From: a virus
Taxonomy: Duplodnaviria > Caudoviricetes
Direction: 5' to 3' (one strand)
Length of the DNA stretch: 64,000 bases
IMG/VR virus record: IMGVR_UViG_2861229971_000004
Shown piece by piece: positions 20,101 through 27,826 of the stretch. Within the stretch, counting starts at the first letter, position 1. Every line of letters begins with the position of its first letter. Made by a program: the position numbers and the translations under genes. A model generated the notes under the pieces. It saw nothing but the letters and a program-made list of their open reading frames with translations, searched no databases and was not told the DNA's origin.

Positions 20101-20335
20101 CTCGCTCGCCGAGCCATCTTAGAAGGCCCGCCACATCCGACGGAAGCGAAAGTTCCTCATAACGTCGCGAAGCTGCGTACCTCGCGGTGCTCTCTAGGTA
20201 GGGTGTCTGCGCAATGGCCCCACTCCGAGAGAGCAATTCATCTCGTAGATCGACCAAGGCGGGGTTCGAAATGTGGTAGGTGGAAGTAATGTAGGTGCGG
20301 AGCGCGTCCGAATAATGCTGGAGTTCTTCGTACAC
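14171..20335 (-). CDS. druE: DruE-like DEAD/DEAH helicase with Zn clusters and a DUF1998 (MZB) domain, 2054 aa
   Basis: TGTGSGKT, LYPMNALVNDQ, DEAH, TTTMEVGIDIG, QQRAGRAGRR, several CxxC pairs, and the CDCTHSCYECL DUF1998 signature. GTG start after a GAGGA RBS. Confidence 0.85.
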   Translation of the reverse strand: MYEELQHYSDALRTYITSTYHISNPALVDLRDELLSRSGAIAQTPYLESTARYAASRRYEELSLPSDVAGLLRWLGERGVIFDPPYDHQAHALELALTPPFRDLVVTTGTGSGKTETFLLPILGRMAEEAMSGSSFSTRAVRALLLYPMNALVNDQLGRLRVLFGDNNVARWFTDKGGRPMKFARYTGRTLYPGSRREDTKKHWTRLKEPLEFFTKLEDRAASDADVKRLIGELRRRGKWPAKPPTSPDCEDGMSAWLGKGAWKRGDEWVRTVERPEDPELFLRHEAQEGVPDLLVTNYSMLEYMLLRPIERDIFRVTAEYYADHPEERLILILDEAHLYRGAQGTEVAMLIRRLRNRLALRPEQLQVICTSASFSDPSAAKKFAADLAGKPPEGFEVLRGTKRASHPSGPGDRRVAETLAGVDLRRVYEGDLAARLDAVMPVLQLADDQVSSESLLDEASASPDGDPLGRALHRALKQFPVTGRLVNLTSGAVADEDLERDSAGVGPAQEIGELASRLFPEVEADLARVATNALVELTSMAKPDSKQAPLLAARAHAFFRGLPGLWACSDPQCSHVSDSQRERWDTLPPTGALYAQPRRTCECGARVFEVYTCRSCGCAYFKAYSFDPGTPDYLWAEDIGEVDGVDGVVQPVFLSLEEPPAGSGARFEYLDPVSGRVGSGNDAAREIWLPPLGQKDTSPGEFQNCLRCGADGSDHIMDHVTKGDEPFQEIVSSQVLEQPPRQEVDTPLKGRKALIFSDGRQAASRLAGKLQQYSMRDAVRPLLLDGLSRLEQRFGGPVTLDHAYAALLTGCAMNGVTLRPAQAPHFEEDLALFRELLTSAPPTTEQEIRSRSAELNTHRTNKALMLALYPVLKDPHTGLSALGLATIRASLDPTDLRAFQKLPAPPEPGHLSEEERRWALLDLWLNDAVLSHALYLPTTPSEWLDASTGAKIRRTKATFPSFVKDFVGTKWFNANLKGRTGAPSEWGKFLSKVFGTNETANGFILRAAKLRVVTEEIEWRRCDTCTTAQPFNPLAADRCRVRPGHRVCTGTTSALDPATDTVFRSRKGHFRRHVERLAAEPDYAPHPYVAAEHSAALNDSSNSGAVARAEWHELRFQDLDVEGPEGRRDGPIDVLSCTTTMEVGIDIGSLTAVALRNVPPGRANYQQRAGRAGRRGSALSTVITYCGADSHDQEFYSHPAAMVSGPVPDPTLNLDNLEIIRRHCFALVMSMFQMAAIADPDDESVSSNVFESLGMLQDFRTGDAMEFSYAGLKAWLNREAARVRGALEEIVPASVVAAAPGFVDDVPLALLSALREVGAGPLEASEVEDQFSPAVEELVAEGGGEEAQAARGTLMMGWGDDVDFDAVDTGAPEAAHTSADVDRTEDAPDGGLDPEKLLDRLFDRGVLPRYAFPTDVVTFHVFDPAASTERKAVLKYSPQLGLNQALSGYAPGREVWVNGERHYSFAIWTPFNRRDCWQAWFGMKVYFECDRCGYARVEQRSDEHYVGQVLDCPACGSGGSLGVGTRWLRPPGFAHPVDLDAELPLDDSPTPTRPTRAKLSAPFTDSGPAERSDIATNGAGYEIWTAKQRLVLTNTGSHDQMKPGFLYCPKCGRAEPNGWAAGRFQRGGHPRPNPDHHPHGASCNGTPTVVVLGNEFETDIALFRFQLAGAVALPPGSVVAKIVLTTVAEALASAAAMIMDIEESDIGAEFRVAMTSGGRTGNEVEVYLYDLTPGGAGFVRSAAADPKRLFEEALTRLESCDCTHSCYECLRSYKNKWDHKYLDRNLGAAFIRHVIHGEAPTLGTDDEERLLQALEVDLTESGHTVERLEGGLRLLDLSGRIVVLGHPMTPGAAGSATGRALIASGAPHVVVDKLLVDRALPAAVREATGAKTGGNSGFTLPAFLPSEDDGCPVYDLASLATDEQPEPLARVAVGGAPSGSFIVQLARPTLERMGNSEFAAGAWVVFTPTHQDDFVVGNKDHTPRLLVSKAGAFNATNDRWTFGLPRLRKDKVSVLYLSHVAPRSETPRAQDVSVLGRAFGVFVNGVLHKLGEA

Positions 20336-20337
20336 CT

Positions 20338-20544
20338 TTAATCCTCGCTGCCTCGCAAAACACTAGCGGCTTCATTGGCGCCGCCCTGACGGACCCACCG
20401 ATCGACATCTGCCAGCTTAAGCTTCCAGTGCCGGCCAACGCGGTACGCAGGAAGACCCTTCGTTTCGATCCAACGGTAGATAGTGTCCCGTGAGATACCG
20501 AGATGCTCAGCGACATCTGTCACGGAGACCCAACGATCGCTCAT
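20338..20544 (-). CDS. Excisionase-like HTH DNA-binding protein (68 aa)
   Basis: MSDRWVSVTDVAEHLGISRDTIYRWIETKGLPAYRVGRHWKLK from the ATG at 20544; stop is 2 nt before the DruE start. Confidence 0.85.
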   Translation of the reverse strand: MSDRWVSVTDVAEHLGISRDTIYRWIETKGLPAYRVGRHWKLKLADVDRWVRQGGANEAASVLRGSED

Positions 20545-20714
20545 TGCTTCCCATACGTCTGGATACGACTGTAGTGAGGCTATCACAATCGTTATACTGC
20601 GGATAGAGTCGGAATGAGTAGGCTTAGATAGCAACTGCGATCCGAGACGAACGGAGGCCGCGACACATACTAGGCTGACGCCCTGTCTGGGCAGTGCGAC
20701 TGCGCTGCTGCTCC

Positions 20715-21791
20715 TCAGCCAACTTTCATCCCCCAAAATGAGGTGTGATCGGCGGCGAAGTAGCCGTCCGCGACCCGGAAATACCCCTGGAGCTCGACGG
20801 TATCGCCCGCGGTCAGCGGCACCATGGTCTGCAGCCAGATCGCGGTGGCGAGCGAGACGTGGGTGGCGGAGATTTCGCCGAGGGAGCCGCGGATTTCCGT
20901 CGTGCCGTTCAGGACCAGCCGTCCGCGCATGCGCGCCGTGGCGCTTGCGTTGATCTTGTAAAGGAGCGTCGCACCGACGAGGTAGGTGCCATCGGCAGGC
21001 GCCACGAAATGGCTGTTCGCAGCGTCGAACGCCCCCTGATCGTTGTAGTCGGTGTTGTTCAGACCGATCTTCGTCCAGGTTCCGACGCCGACGTAGTTGT
21101 CATAGTTTGTATACGCCTTGAAGCGCGGCAGCCGGGGCTGGTCCACGATGCCGGTGGCGTTGTCGACGCTTAGCCCGTCGAAGAAGGTGCTGCCGTCGGT
21201 CGAGACGGCGAGCCGGAAGCGGTCCGACCCAAACAGCCCCACCAGCGCCTTGGTCACGAAGCCGGTCTGCAGCGTCAGCCCGAGATCGTCGCCCGCCGCC
21301 TCCTTGTTCATGGTGTAGAACAGATCGCCCGTGCCGCCCTCGGCCACGGTCTTCGCCGTCCAGAGCGCGGCGTTGAGCTTGGCAGAGAACGGGTTCGCCC
21401 CATCCGCGGTGGTGCCGAGCCCCAGCAGCGCGAGGTTCTGCAGCGTCGTGGGCGTGGTGCCGGTCCAGCCCGCGCCGTCGTAGACCAGCAGCAGTCCCTC
21501 GTCCTCGACCCACGCCCGCCAGCCGGTCCGGGGTGGCAGGCGTAGCCAGGCGCCGTCGGTCCAGAGTGCCACGTTCAGATCCCACCCCGCCCAGTCGCCC
21601 GTCGCGCCCGAGCCGACGATGTAGCGGTCGCCATCGGCGGGGCTCGCTGGGGGTGCTGCCAGATCGCGCTCGAGGACGGAGAGCTGGACGAGCCCGTCGA
21701 GGATCAGCAGCGCCTCGTTGTGGGTGACGTGCTTCTGGGCCTGCGCTGCCAGGATGTAGGGCAGCAGGAGATGGGTCGTGGCGTCGGACAT
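20715..21791 (-). CDS. DUF2793-type tail fibre/spike protein with a C1q-like C-terminus
   Basis: MSDATTHLLLPYILAAQAQKHVTHNEAL..LDGLVQLSV N-terminal signature; start at 21791. Confidence 0.85.
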   Translation of the reverse strand: MSDATTHLLLPYILAAQAQKHVTHNEALLILDGLVQLSVLERDLAAPPASPADGDRYIVGSGATGDWAGWDLNVALWTDGAWLRLPPRTGWRAWVEDEGLLLVYDGAGWTGTTPTTLQNLALLGLGTTADGANPFSAKLNAALWTAKTVAEGGTGDLFYTMNKEAAGDDLGLTLQTGFVTKALVGLFGSDRFRLAVSTDGSTFFDGLSVDNATGIVDQPRLPRFKAYTNYDNYVGVGTWTKIGLNNTDYNDQGAFDAANSHFVAPADGTYLVGATLLYKINASATARMRGRLVLNGTTEIRGSLGEISATHVSLATAIWLQTMVPLTAGDTVELQGYFRVADGYFAADHTSFWGMKVG

Positions 21792-21798
21792 GGGGTCC

Positions 21799-24700
21799 TC
21801 AGAATGTGAGCGTGACGGTTTTCGGCGCGCCCCGCCCGACGAGGGCGGAGAGCTGGAAGATACGGACGGTGAGGCTGTCGCCGGGGCCGAGCGGCGCACC
21901 CCAGTCAGCGGTCTGCTGGGCGGCGGTGTAGGCCGCGCTGGTCGTGGTCGTGCTCAGCACCCGCTTGACCGCCGCGCCGTCGAGGATCTCGACCTCGTAG
22001 GCTTCCAGTTCCTCCGCCATCGGCACTTCGAGCCCGCCCCAGCTGTCGGCAGCGAGTGCCCGGGACCGGCGTGTCCAGCGGATCGTCAGATCGCCGGGAC
22101 TGCGCGCCTGGCGCCACGGCTGCTCCACATGGGCGACCGAGAACGGCCGCAGGCCGGCGCCCGCGGGCGTGAAGGCCTGCGCCACGTAGGTCTCGTCGCT
22201 GACCGGGCGGCTGGCCGGGCCGATGCGCCAGGTCCAGGGGATGCCGAGGTCGGCCTCGGCGATCGGCAGCGATGCGAGCGCGGCGTCCAGCACGACGACT
22301 CGCGCGCCTGCAGGCGCCGGGTTACCCATCGCACCTTCGGTACCCCGCTGGCCACGCAGAAGCCGGGTCAGCCGATACCGACCCGGCGCCAGAAGCTCTG
22401 CCACGCCCGCCTGCACGATTTCCCAGGTGCCGGGCGCGCTCTCAATGGCCAGCGCGTTGGCCCCTCCGAACAGCGTCAGGTCGGTGACGCTTTCCAGCGT
22501 GCCGGTGAGCAGATCGACCACAAGCGTATTGCCAAGATCGAAGCGCGACGTGGGCCCCGCGTAGAGGTCCGAGACCAGCGCCCCGATCCGGGCGCGACTG
22601 CCGAACGTGGTCAGCAACGCGAACCCGTCCGTCGCGGGGCTGCGGAACACCGCCATCTCACCCGGCCAGGGAACCGCATGCGCGGCGACCAGTGGCCGGT
22701 GCGCGGGCTGGTCCTCGGTCAGCTGCGGCAGGTCCATCAACACCGCATCCGGCGCGCCGAACACGACGGCGCGCGTCAGCGACGCCGCGCGGGGATCGCC
22801 GGGCGGCAGGTCGTAGGTCGCGCGGTCCTGGCGGACCGCCTCGATCCCACGCGCCTCGGCGTCGGCGATGGAGACAAGCCGCAGATCGATCAACCTCCCG
22901 TCATGCGGGAGCCGGATTGCGTCGGCCGGATCCAGAGCGAGCCTCGAGGGCGGCAGACGGAACGCCGCCGTCTCGCGCCCCACCCACGCCTCCATCAGCG
23001 CGCGGCGGCAGCGCCGCTCGGCTTCCTCGGGCGGGACCGCCATCGGGAAGGACTCGGACGCGATGCGCGTCGTGTCCACGGTGATGCGTCGCGCCTCGAC
23101 GAGGGCCGCGTCGTAATCCTCGTCCGCCCGCGCGACCTGCCACTTCAGCGCCTGCGGCAGTTCGGTCTCCTGGCCGCGCGTCAGCTCCAGCACGTCGCCT
23201 TCGCGGGCGGCGACCAGATCGTCGGGCGCGAGGGTGGCGACAGACGCCCGGCCGCGCATGACGAAGCGGATCACGCCCTCGGTCTCGACCGCGTCGAAGC
23301 CGAAATGCCGCGAAAGCGTGGTGATCGAGGCGCGCGGGCTTTCGAGCGCGGTGATGGCGTAGCCCTCGACCGCGCCCCAGAGGCCCGTGACGTCGATCCG
23401 GCTCTCAGAGAGCCCGGCGCGGAGGCAGAGGTGCCGCACCAGTGCCGCCAGCGACACCGCGCCGAGCCGCCCCGTCAGCCAGTGCCCGAGCCGCCAGTTC
23501 GCGCCGTCCGTCCAGACATCGGTCAGTGCGGGAAAGAACGGATAGGGCCGCGCGTCCCAGGTCCAGGCGGCGCATTCCGGCACATGCACCATCCGGCCGC
23601 CGTAGACCGAGGACACCGGGTTGTTCGCGGCCTCGCCCCACCAGAGATACGTCGCCTCCAGATACGCGCGCTGGATGGCGTCATCCCGCCAGCCCCGCGA
23701 GAAATGCGGCGTGAAGCTCTCGGACGACTTCGGATCGAAGAAGACATTGGGCTGGTTGGTGCCCCGGTCGATGGCGGGACAACCGAGCTCGGTGAACCAG
23801 ATCGGCTTGGACTGCGGCACCCACCCGGTCGGCGTCCCGCTCTCCACCCCACCCGGACGGTCGTAGTGCGGATTCGACCACCAGGCCCGCAGATCCTTGT
23901 AGCGGAACACCCAGGGCTTGCTGGCCGAGTCGTCGGTGATCGGGGTCCGGACCTGCGCGCTTCGGTCGGCCGCGCTGGCATAGAACCAGTCGAAGCCTTC
24001 GCCGCCCGCGATGTTCGCCTGCAGGTAGGCGCGGTCGTAGATCGCGGGCCAGCCCTCGGCCGCGTCGGCATGCTCGAAGCCGTCGCGCCAGTCGGACAGC
24101 GGCATGTAGTTGTCGATCCCGACGAAATCGATCTCCGGATCGGCCCAGAGCGGGTCGAGGTGGAAGAACACGTCGCCGGTGCCATCGCCGGGCTGGTGCC
24201 CGAAATACTCCGACCAGTCCGCCGCGTACCCGATCTTGGTCCCGGAGCCGAGGATCGAGCGCACATCCGCGAGCAGATCGCGATAGGCCTGCACCGCCGG
24301 ATAGGTGGACGCACCCGAGCGGATGGTGGTCAGCCCAGGCATCTCGGTGCCGATCAGGAACGCATCGGCCCCGCCTGCCGCCGCGCAGAGATGGGCGTAG
24401 TGCAGCACCATGCGCCGGAGGCCCCAGTCGCCGGGCGTGCCGGTCCACGAAACTGACTGACCCGAAACGCTGAAGCTCGCGGGCGTGGCCGCGCCGAACA
24501 GCGCAGCGACCTGGCTTGCGGCCGTGGCGGTCTTGTCCACGGTCCCGGCGAAACCAGCGGCAGGCGAACAGGTGATCCGCCCGCGCCAGGGGAACGCGGG
24601 CTGACCTGCCTCGGCAGCGTTGTCGGAATACGGGTTCGGCAGCGTGTTGCCGGGCGGCACGTCCATCAGGATGAACGGATAGAAGGTGACCCGCAGCCCG

Positions 24701-25764
24701 CGCGCCTTCATCTCCTGGATCGCCTGCACCACGGCGAAGTCGGACGGCGTGCCGCCATAGACGGGGCGGTCCTGATCGTCGCGGCTGACGAGGAAGGCAT
24801 TGGCGCGGCTCACGCCGTTGACCGACCAACTGGCGGGCGTGGTCGATTTGGCCGACACCTCGACGCCCGGCCGCACCTTGCAGGATCCCGCGCGCAGATC
24901 GTCGCCGAACCACGCCACCACGAGGCTGACGCTCTCGACCGCCGGGGCCATCGCCTGCAGCCGGTTCAGCGCCTCCACCATGTCGGTGGAGTCGGCCAGC
25001 GCGTTCAGGTTCTCCGGCACCGTCGCGCCGCCATCGGTCTTCCGGATGGCCTGCGTGGCATAGGTGAACTCGCCCGAGGCCGGGATCATGGTGACGGCGC
25101 GGGTCAGGCCCTCGGCGGTGTCGGGATCCGCGAGCGGGCGGAACACCTCGAAGGAGAGCTGCGGCAGGCGGTTGCCGTAGGTCGACAGCGCCAGTTCCTC
25201 GAAGACCACATAGGCCGTGCCGCGATAGGCAGGCGTGCTGGCGGTGCCCATCTTCGCCGCGATGAACGGGTCCGCCGTCTGCGCCTCGCCGCCGGGATAC
25301 CAGCGCCATATGACGCCGGAGAGGTCCATCGGCTTGCCGTCGGCCCAGATGCGCCCGATCCCGGTGATCGGCCCCTCGCACAATGCGACCGCGAAGCTGG
25401 CATAGTAGAGATACTCGGTCGTCTTGACCTTGCCGCCGCCGCCGCCCTTGCCGCCGCCCTGCGTGGTGGTCTTGGTCTCCTCGCGAAAGTCCGTCGCCCA
25501 GATGATGTTGCCGCCCATCCGCATGCGCCCATAGAGCCGCGGGATCACCGCGCCCTCAGTGGCCGAGGTGATGCGCAGCGTGTCGAGCCGCGCACCCTCG
25601 ATGCGCTGGTTGGGCGCCAGCGACGAGATGATCCAGCTGTCGACCACGGAGCCGATGCTGGAGCCGATGAAGCCGCCGATGGTCGCGGCGCTGACGCCAA
25701 GGATCGCGCCGCCGATGCTGCCGCCAATGGCGGCGCCAGCGGCACCAAGAACGAGCGTTGCCAT
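21799..25764 (-). CDS. GTA-type multidomain baseplate/host-specificity protein (megatron; TIM-barrel and phage tail domains)
   Basis: MATLVLGAAGAAIGG..., SATEGAVIPRLYGRMR, PAYRGTAYVVFE, YAADWSEY, GIDNYMPLSDWRDG, SKPIWFTELGCPAIDRG. Confidence 0.9.
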   Translation of the reverse strand: MATLVLGAAGAAIGGSIGGAILGVSAATIGGFIGSSIGSVVDSWIISSLAPNQRIEGARLDTLRITSATEGAVIPRLYGRMRMGGNIIWATDFREETKTTTQGGGKGGGGGKVKTTEYLYYASFAVALCEGPITGIGRIWADGKPMDLSGVIWRWYPGGEAQTADPFIAAKMGTASTPAYRGTAYVVFEELALSTYGNRLPQLSFEVFRPLADPDTAEGLTRAVTMIPASGEFTYATQAIRKTDGGATVPENLNALADSTDMVEALNRLQAMAPAVESVSLVVAWFGDDLRAGSCKVRPGVEVSAKSTTPASWSVNGVSRANAFLVSRDDQDRPVYGGTPSDFAVVQAIQEMKARGLRVTFYPFILMDVPPGNTLPNPYSDNAAEAGQPAFPWRGRITCSPAAGFAGTVDKTATAASQVAALFGAATPASFSVSGQSVSWTGTPGDWGLRRMVLHYAHLCAAAGGADAFLIGTEMPGLTTIRSGASTYPAVQAYRDLLADVRSILGSGTKIGYAADWSEYFGHQPGDGTGDVFFHLDPLWADPEIDFVGIDNYMPLSDWRDGFEHADAAEGWPAIYDRAYLQANIAGGEGFDWFYASAADRSAQVRTPITDDSASKPWVFRYKDLRAWWSNPHYDRPGGVESGTPTGWVPQSKPIWFTELGCPAIDRGTNQPNVFFDPKSSESFTPHFSRGWRDDAIQRAYLEATYLWWGEAANNPVSSVYGGRMVHVPECAAWTWDARPYPFFPALTDVWTDGANWRLGHWLTGRLGAVSLAALVRHLCLRAGLSESRIDVTGLWGAVEGYAITALESPRASITTLSRHFGFDAVETEGVIRFVMRGRASVATLAPDDLVAAREGDVLELTRGQETELPQALKWQVARADEDYDAALVEARRITVDTTRIASESFPMAVPPEEAERRCRRALMEAWVGRETAAFRLPPSRLALDPADAIRLPHDGRLIDLRLVSIADAEARGIEAVRQDRATYDLPPGDPRAASLTRAVVFGAPDAVLMDLPQLTEDQPAHRPLVAAHAVPWPGEMAVFRSPATDGFALLTTFGSRARIGALVSDLYAGPTSRFDLGNTLVVDLLTGTLESVTDLTLFGGANALAIESAPGTWEIVQAGVAELLAPGRYRLTRLLRGQRGTEGAMGNPAPAGARVVVLDAALASLPIAEADLGIPWTWRIGPASRPVSDETYVAQAFTPAGAGLRPFSVAHVEQPWRQARSPGDLTIRWTRRSRALAADSWGGLEVPMAEELEAYEVEILDGAAVKRVLSTTTTSAAYTAAQQTADWGAPLGPGDSLTVRIFQLSALVGRGAPKTVTLTF

Positions 25765-25773
25765 GTCGGGGTC

Positions 25774-26268
25774 TCAGCGTTGCGGGAACAGGAAGGCGAA
25801 GGCGATGCGCCGCCGCCAGGATGGGGTGAGTGGTTCCTCGATCACGCCGAGCCGCTCGTAGGCGTGGAGGAAGGAGTCGGGGCTCGTTAGGATCCCGACA
25901 TGCTTGGCGATGGCGCGGGGCTTCATGCGGAAGAGGACCAGCGCGCCGGGACCGGCCTCTGCCGGTTCCACCTCGATCATCATGCGCCGCGCGCCTTCGG
26001 CCAGCACCTCGCGCGGGCCCGTCTCGCCCCAGTCCCGGCTATAGCACGGGATCGGGAACGGCTCGGGGCCCACCACCTCGCGCCAGACGCCCCGGGCCAG
26101 CCCGAGGCAGTCGCAGCCAACGCCGCGCAGGCTGGCCTGGTCGTGATAAGGCGTGCCCAGCCAGGCCCGCGCGATGGCGATGACGCGCTGGGGATCGGCG
26201 GTGGCTCTCGTGCATCGCGATGCGATGCACTGCCGCCCGTCGTTTCCGGTGGAAGCGACGTTGGTCAC
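25774..26268 (-). CDS. Phage NlpC/P60 cell-wall peptidase (GTA g14-like)
   Basis: ARAWLGTPYHDQAS..GVGCDCLGL (catalytic Cys), KHVGI, FLHAYE. Carries an extra ~20-codon N-terminal segment. Confidence 0.9.
   Translation of the reverse strand: MTNVASTGNDGRQCIASRCTRATADPQRVIAIARAWLGTPYHDQASLRGVGCDCLGLARGVWREVVGPEPFPIPCYSRDWGETGPREVLAEGARRMMIEVEPAEAGPGALVLFRMKPRAIAKHVGILTSPDSFLHAYERLGVIEEPLTPSWRRRIAFAFLFPQR
26210..26230. repeat. Perfect 9-bp inverted repeat inside the 5' end of the NlpC/P60 gene
   Basis: GTGCATCGC-GAT-GCGATGCAC. Confidence 0.7.
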
Positions 26269-27149
26269 AGCACCGATCCCTCGTGCCCGCCGTCCTTGGT
26301 GGCATAGCGCAGAACTGCGTCCTGGCCGGGGATGTGCCGGAAGCCGCGGAAGTTGCCTGCGTTCGCGAACTTCGCGCCGCAGGTCTCCATCCGCTTGTCG
26401 CAGCCCGCACGGATGGTGAAGGCGTCGCCTTCGCCAATGGGCCGCACCGGTGCCTCGAGCAGGGTCAGGATCGCGATGCCATCGGTGATGTCATGACCCA
26501 GCACCTCGGTGCGCCGCCCCGCGTTCGCGCCGCTCGTCCATTCGAGCGTGCCGAAGGTGAACCAGCCCGCCTCGAACCCGCCGAGCCCCGAGGCGGTGAA
26601 GGCCCGGTCGCGCAGCAGATCGATCACGGCGCCCGTGCCCTTGTAGGCGGGATCCTCGAGTTCGACGCCGCAGCGCGCATCGCCGAGCGCAGCATCGCAG
26701 GTCGCCTGAAAGGTTCGCCCGACCGTCTGGCCGAGCACATGGGCGAGCGAGCGCACCTCGGCCACGAAGGCCAGCCGCCCGCGCCGGATCTGGCCGATGG
26801 CGCCGCGCCGCATCAGCACGCGCTGGCCCGTGTCCGCCCAGTTCACGCGCCAGACTTCGACCTCGGCGTTGTCCCAGCGGCCGTCGAGGATGTCGGTCTC
26901 GGTGATCCGGTCCGAGGTCAGAACGCCTTCCGCGTCCTGCGCGTCGACCGACAGGTCCGAGCCCGAGCGGACCTCGGAGGCGGTCAGCCCGCTCTCCGGC
27001 TCGAAGTCGGTGCCGTCGAAACTGAGCGTCCGGTCGTGGTCGGTGAAGCCGAAGGCGACGCAATCGGCGCGGGTGATCCGCCAGCACCACGCGAGCGTCG
27101 TCGTGCCCTCGTCGAGATGGGCCTGCAGGGCGGGCAAGAGGGATTTCAT
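26265..27149 (-). CDS. DUF2163 / BR0599-family tail hub protein
   Basis: TTLAWCWRITRAD...GFTDHDRTL, CDAALGDARC, GCDKRMETC..KFAN..NFRGF.HIPG. Confidence 0.9.
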   Translation of the reverse strand: MKSLLPALQAHLDEGTTTLAWCWRITRADCVAFGFTDHDRTLSFDGTDFEPESGLTASEVRSGSDLSVDAQDAEGVLTSDRITETDILDGRWDNAEVEVWRVNWADTGQRVLMRRGAIGQIRRGRLAFVAEVRSLAHVLGQTVGRTFQATCDAALGDARCGVELEDPAYKGTGAVIDLLRDRAFTASGLGGFEAGWFTFGTLEWTSGANAGRRTEVLGHDITDGIAILTLLEAPVRPIGEGDAFTIRAGCDKRMETCGAKFANAGNFRGFRHIPGQDAVLRYATKDGGHEGSVL

Positions 27150-27388
27150 CGGCAGGTTCCCGTCATGCGGTCGTCGAGATCGGCGATCCAGTTCGCCCAG
27201 TCCGGCGGAACCTTCGCAACGGTCTCGGCATCTGGCCGGGAGAGCCGCGCCTCCGCATAGGAGGCACAGCCCGCATCACCAGCGCCCGTCGTTACGGCGC
27301 AGCCGGTCAGCGGGATCGCCAGCGCCGCGGCCATCACGAACCGCGTCGCGACCGCGCTCAACACGGTTGTTCTTGTCTTCCATGGCAT
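27146..27388 (-). CDS. Small lipoprotein, candidate outer-membrane spanin (Rz1-like)
   Basis: Lipobox LTGC after a hydrophobic stretch; overlaps the 3' half of the adjacent single-TM gene in another frame; last gene of the lysis cassette. Confidence 0.55.
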   Translation of the reverse strand: MPWKTRTTVLSAVATRFVMAAALAIPLTGCAVTTGAGDAGCASYAEARLSRPDAETVAKVPPDWANWIADLDDRMTGTCR

Positions 27389-27506
27389 CGCGTTCCGCCT
27401 CCCGTTTGCCCGTTCGTTCTCCTTCCGCGCGTCCCCAGACCCGGCCGAGGACGACGCCCCCGACCGCGCCCAGAGCCGCGACCAGCCAGATCAGGAGATC
27501 AGCCAT
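27276..27506 (-). CDS. Single-TM protein, candidate inner-membrane spanin (Rz-like)
   Basis: MADLLIWLVAALGAVGGVVLG N-terminal TM, then a charged helical tail; downstream of the endolysin and holin. Confidence 0.55.
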   Translation of the reverse strand: MADLLIWLVAALGAVGGVVLGRVWGRAEGERTGKREAERDAMEDKNNRVERGRDAVRDGRGAGDPADRLRRNDGRW

Positions 27507-27600
27507 CGTCCCGATACCCGCATGCGGCGGCGACGCAGAGGGCGACGACGAAGACGCCGAGAAAGCCGCCCACGAACACACCTGCGAAGAACTCAAGCAT
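27499..27600 (-). CDS. 33-aa hydrophobic membrane peptide (below the ORF-track cutoff)
   Basis: MLEFFAGVFVGGFLGVFVVALCVAAACGYRDDG; start and stop overlap the neighbouring genes, exactly filling the gap. Confidence 0.55.
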   Translation of the reverse strand: MLEFFAGVFVGGFLGVFVVALCVAAACGYRDDG

Positions 27601-27823
27601 CGCCGCGGAACCCGCGCTCGATCCGGTCGCGCAGACCGATCAGGCCAAGACCGAGGAACATGAGGCCTGCGGGCGAGGCATCGCCGGAGCCGGCCAGCAG
27701 TGCGACGAGACGGGAGAGTTCCCCGAGCGGCCCGGTGGAAGGCAATGCGAGGGAGGCGATGCCGGTGAGCATGGCGAGAAGTCCCGCCCACCAGGTGAGC
27801 GAGTTGGGTCGGACGTAGCGCAT
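27593..27823 (-). CDS. Small two-TM membrane protein, candidate holin
   Basis: SLTWWAGLLAMLTGIASLAL...GLMFLGLGLIGLRDRIERG; immediately downstream of the endolysin. Confidence 0.6.
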   Translation of the reverse strand: MRYVRPNSLTWWAGLLAMLTGIASLALPSTGPLGELSRLVALLAGSGDASPAGLMFLGLGLIGLRDRIERGFRGDA

Positions 27824-27826
27824 GAG

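Noticed and set aside
1187-20544. Calling the island DISARM, BREX or a restriction-modification system
   Set aside because: No methyltransferase, PLD nuclease, PglZ or BrxC-type ATPase is recognisable, while DruA- and DruE-like proteins are.
21778-24456. 892-aa + strand ORF, and similar long antisense ORFs (e.g. 29648-30928, 37498-39024, 39597-41264, 41677-43350, 53000-54934)
   Set aside because: They lie opposite well-supported phage genes, are Arg/Gly/Pro-rich and have no motifs. They are typical stop-poor shadows of high-GC coding DNA.
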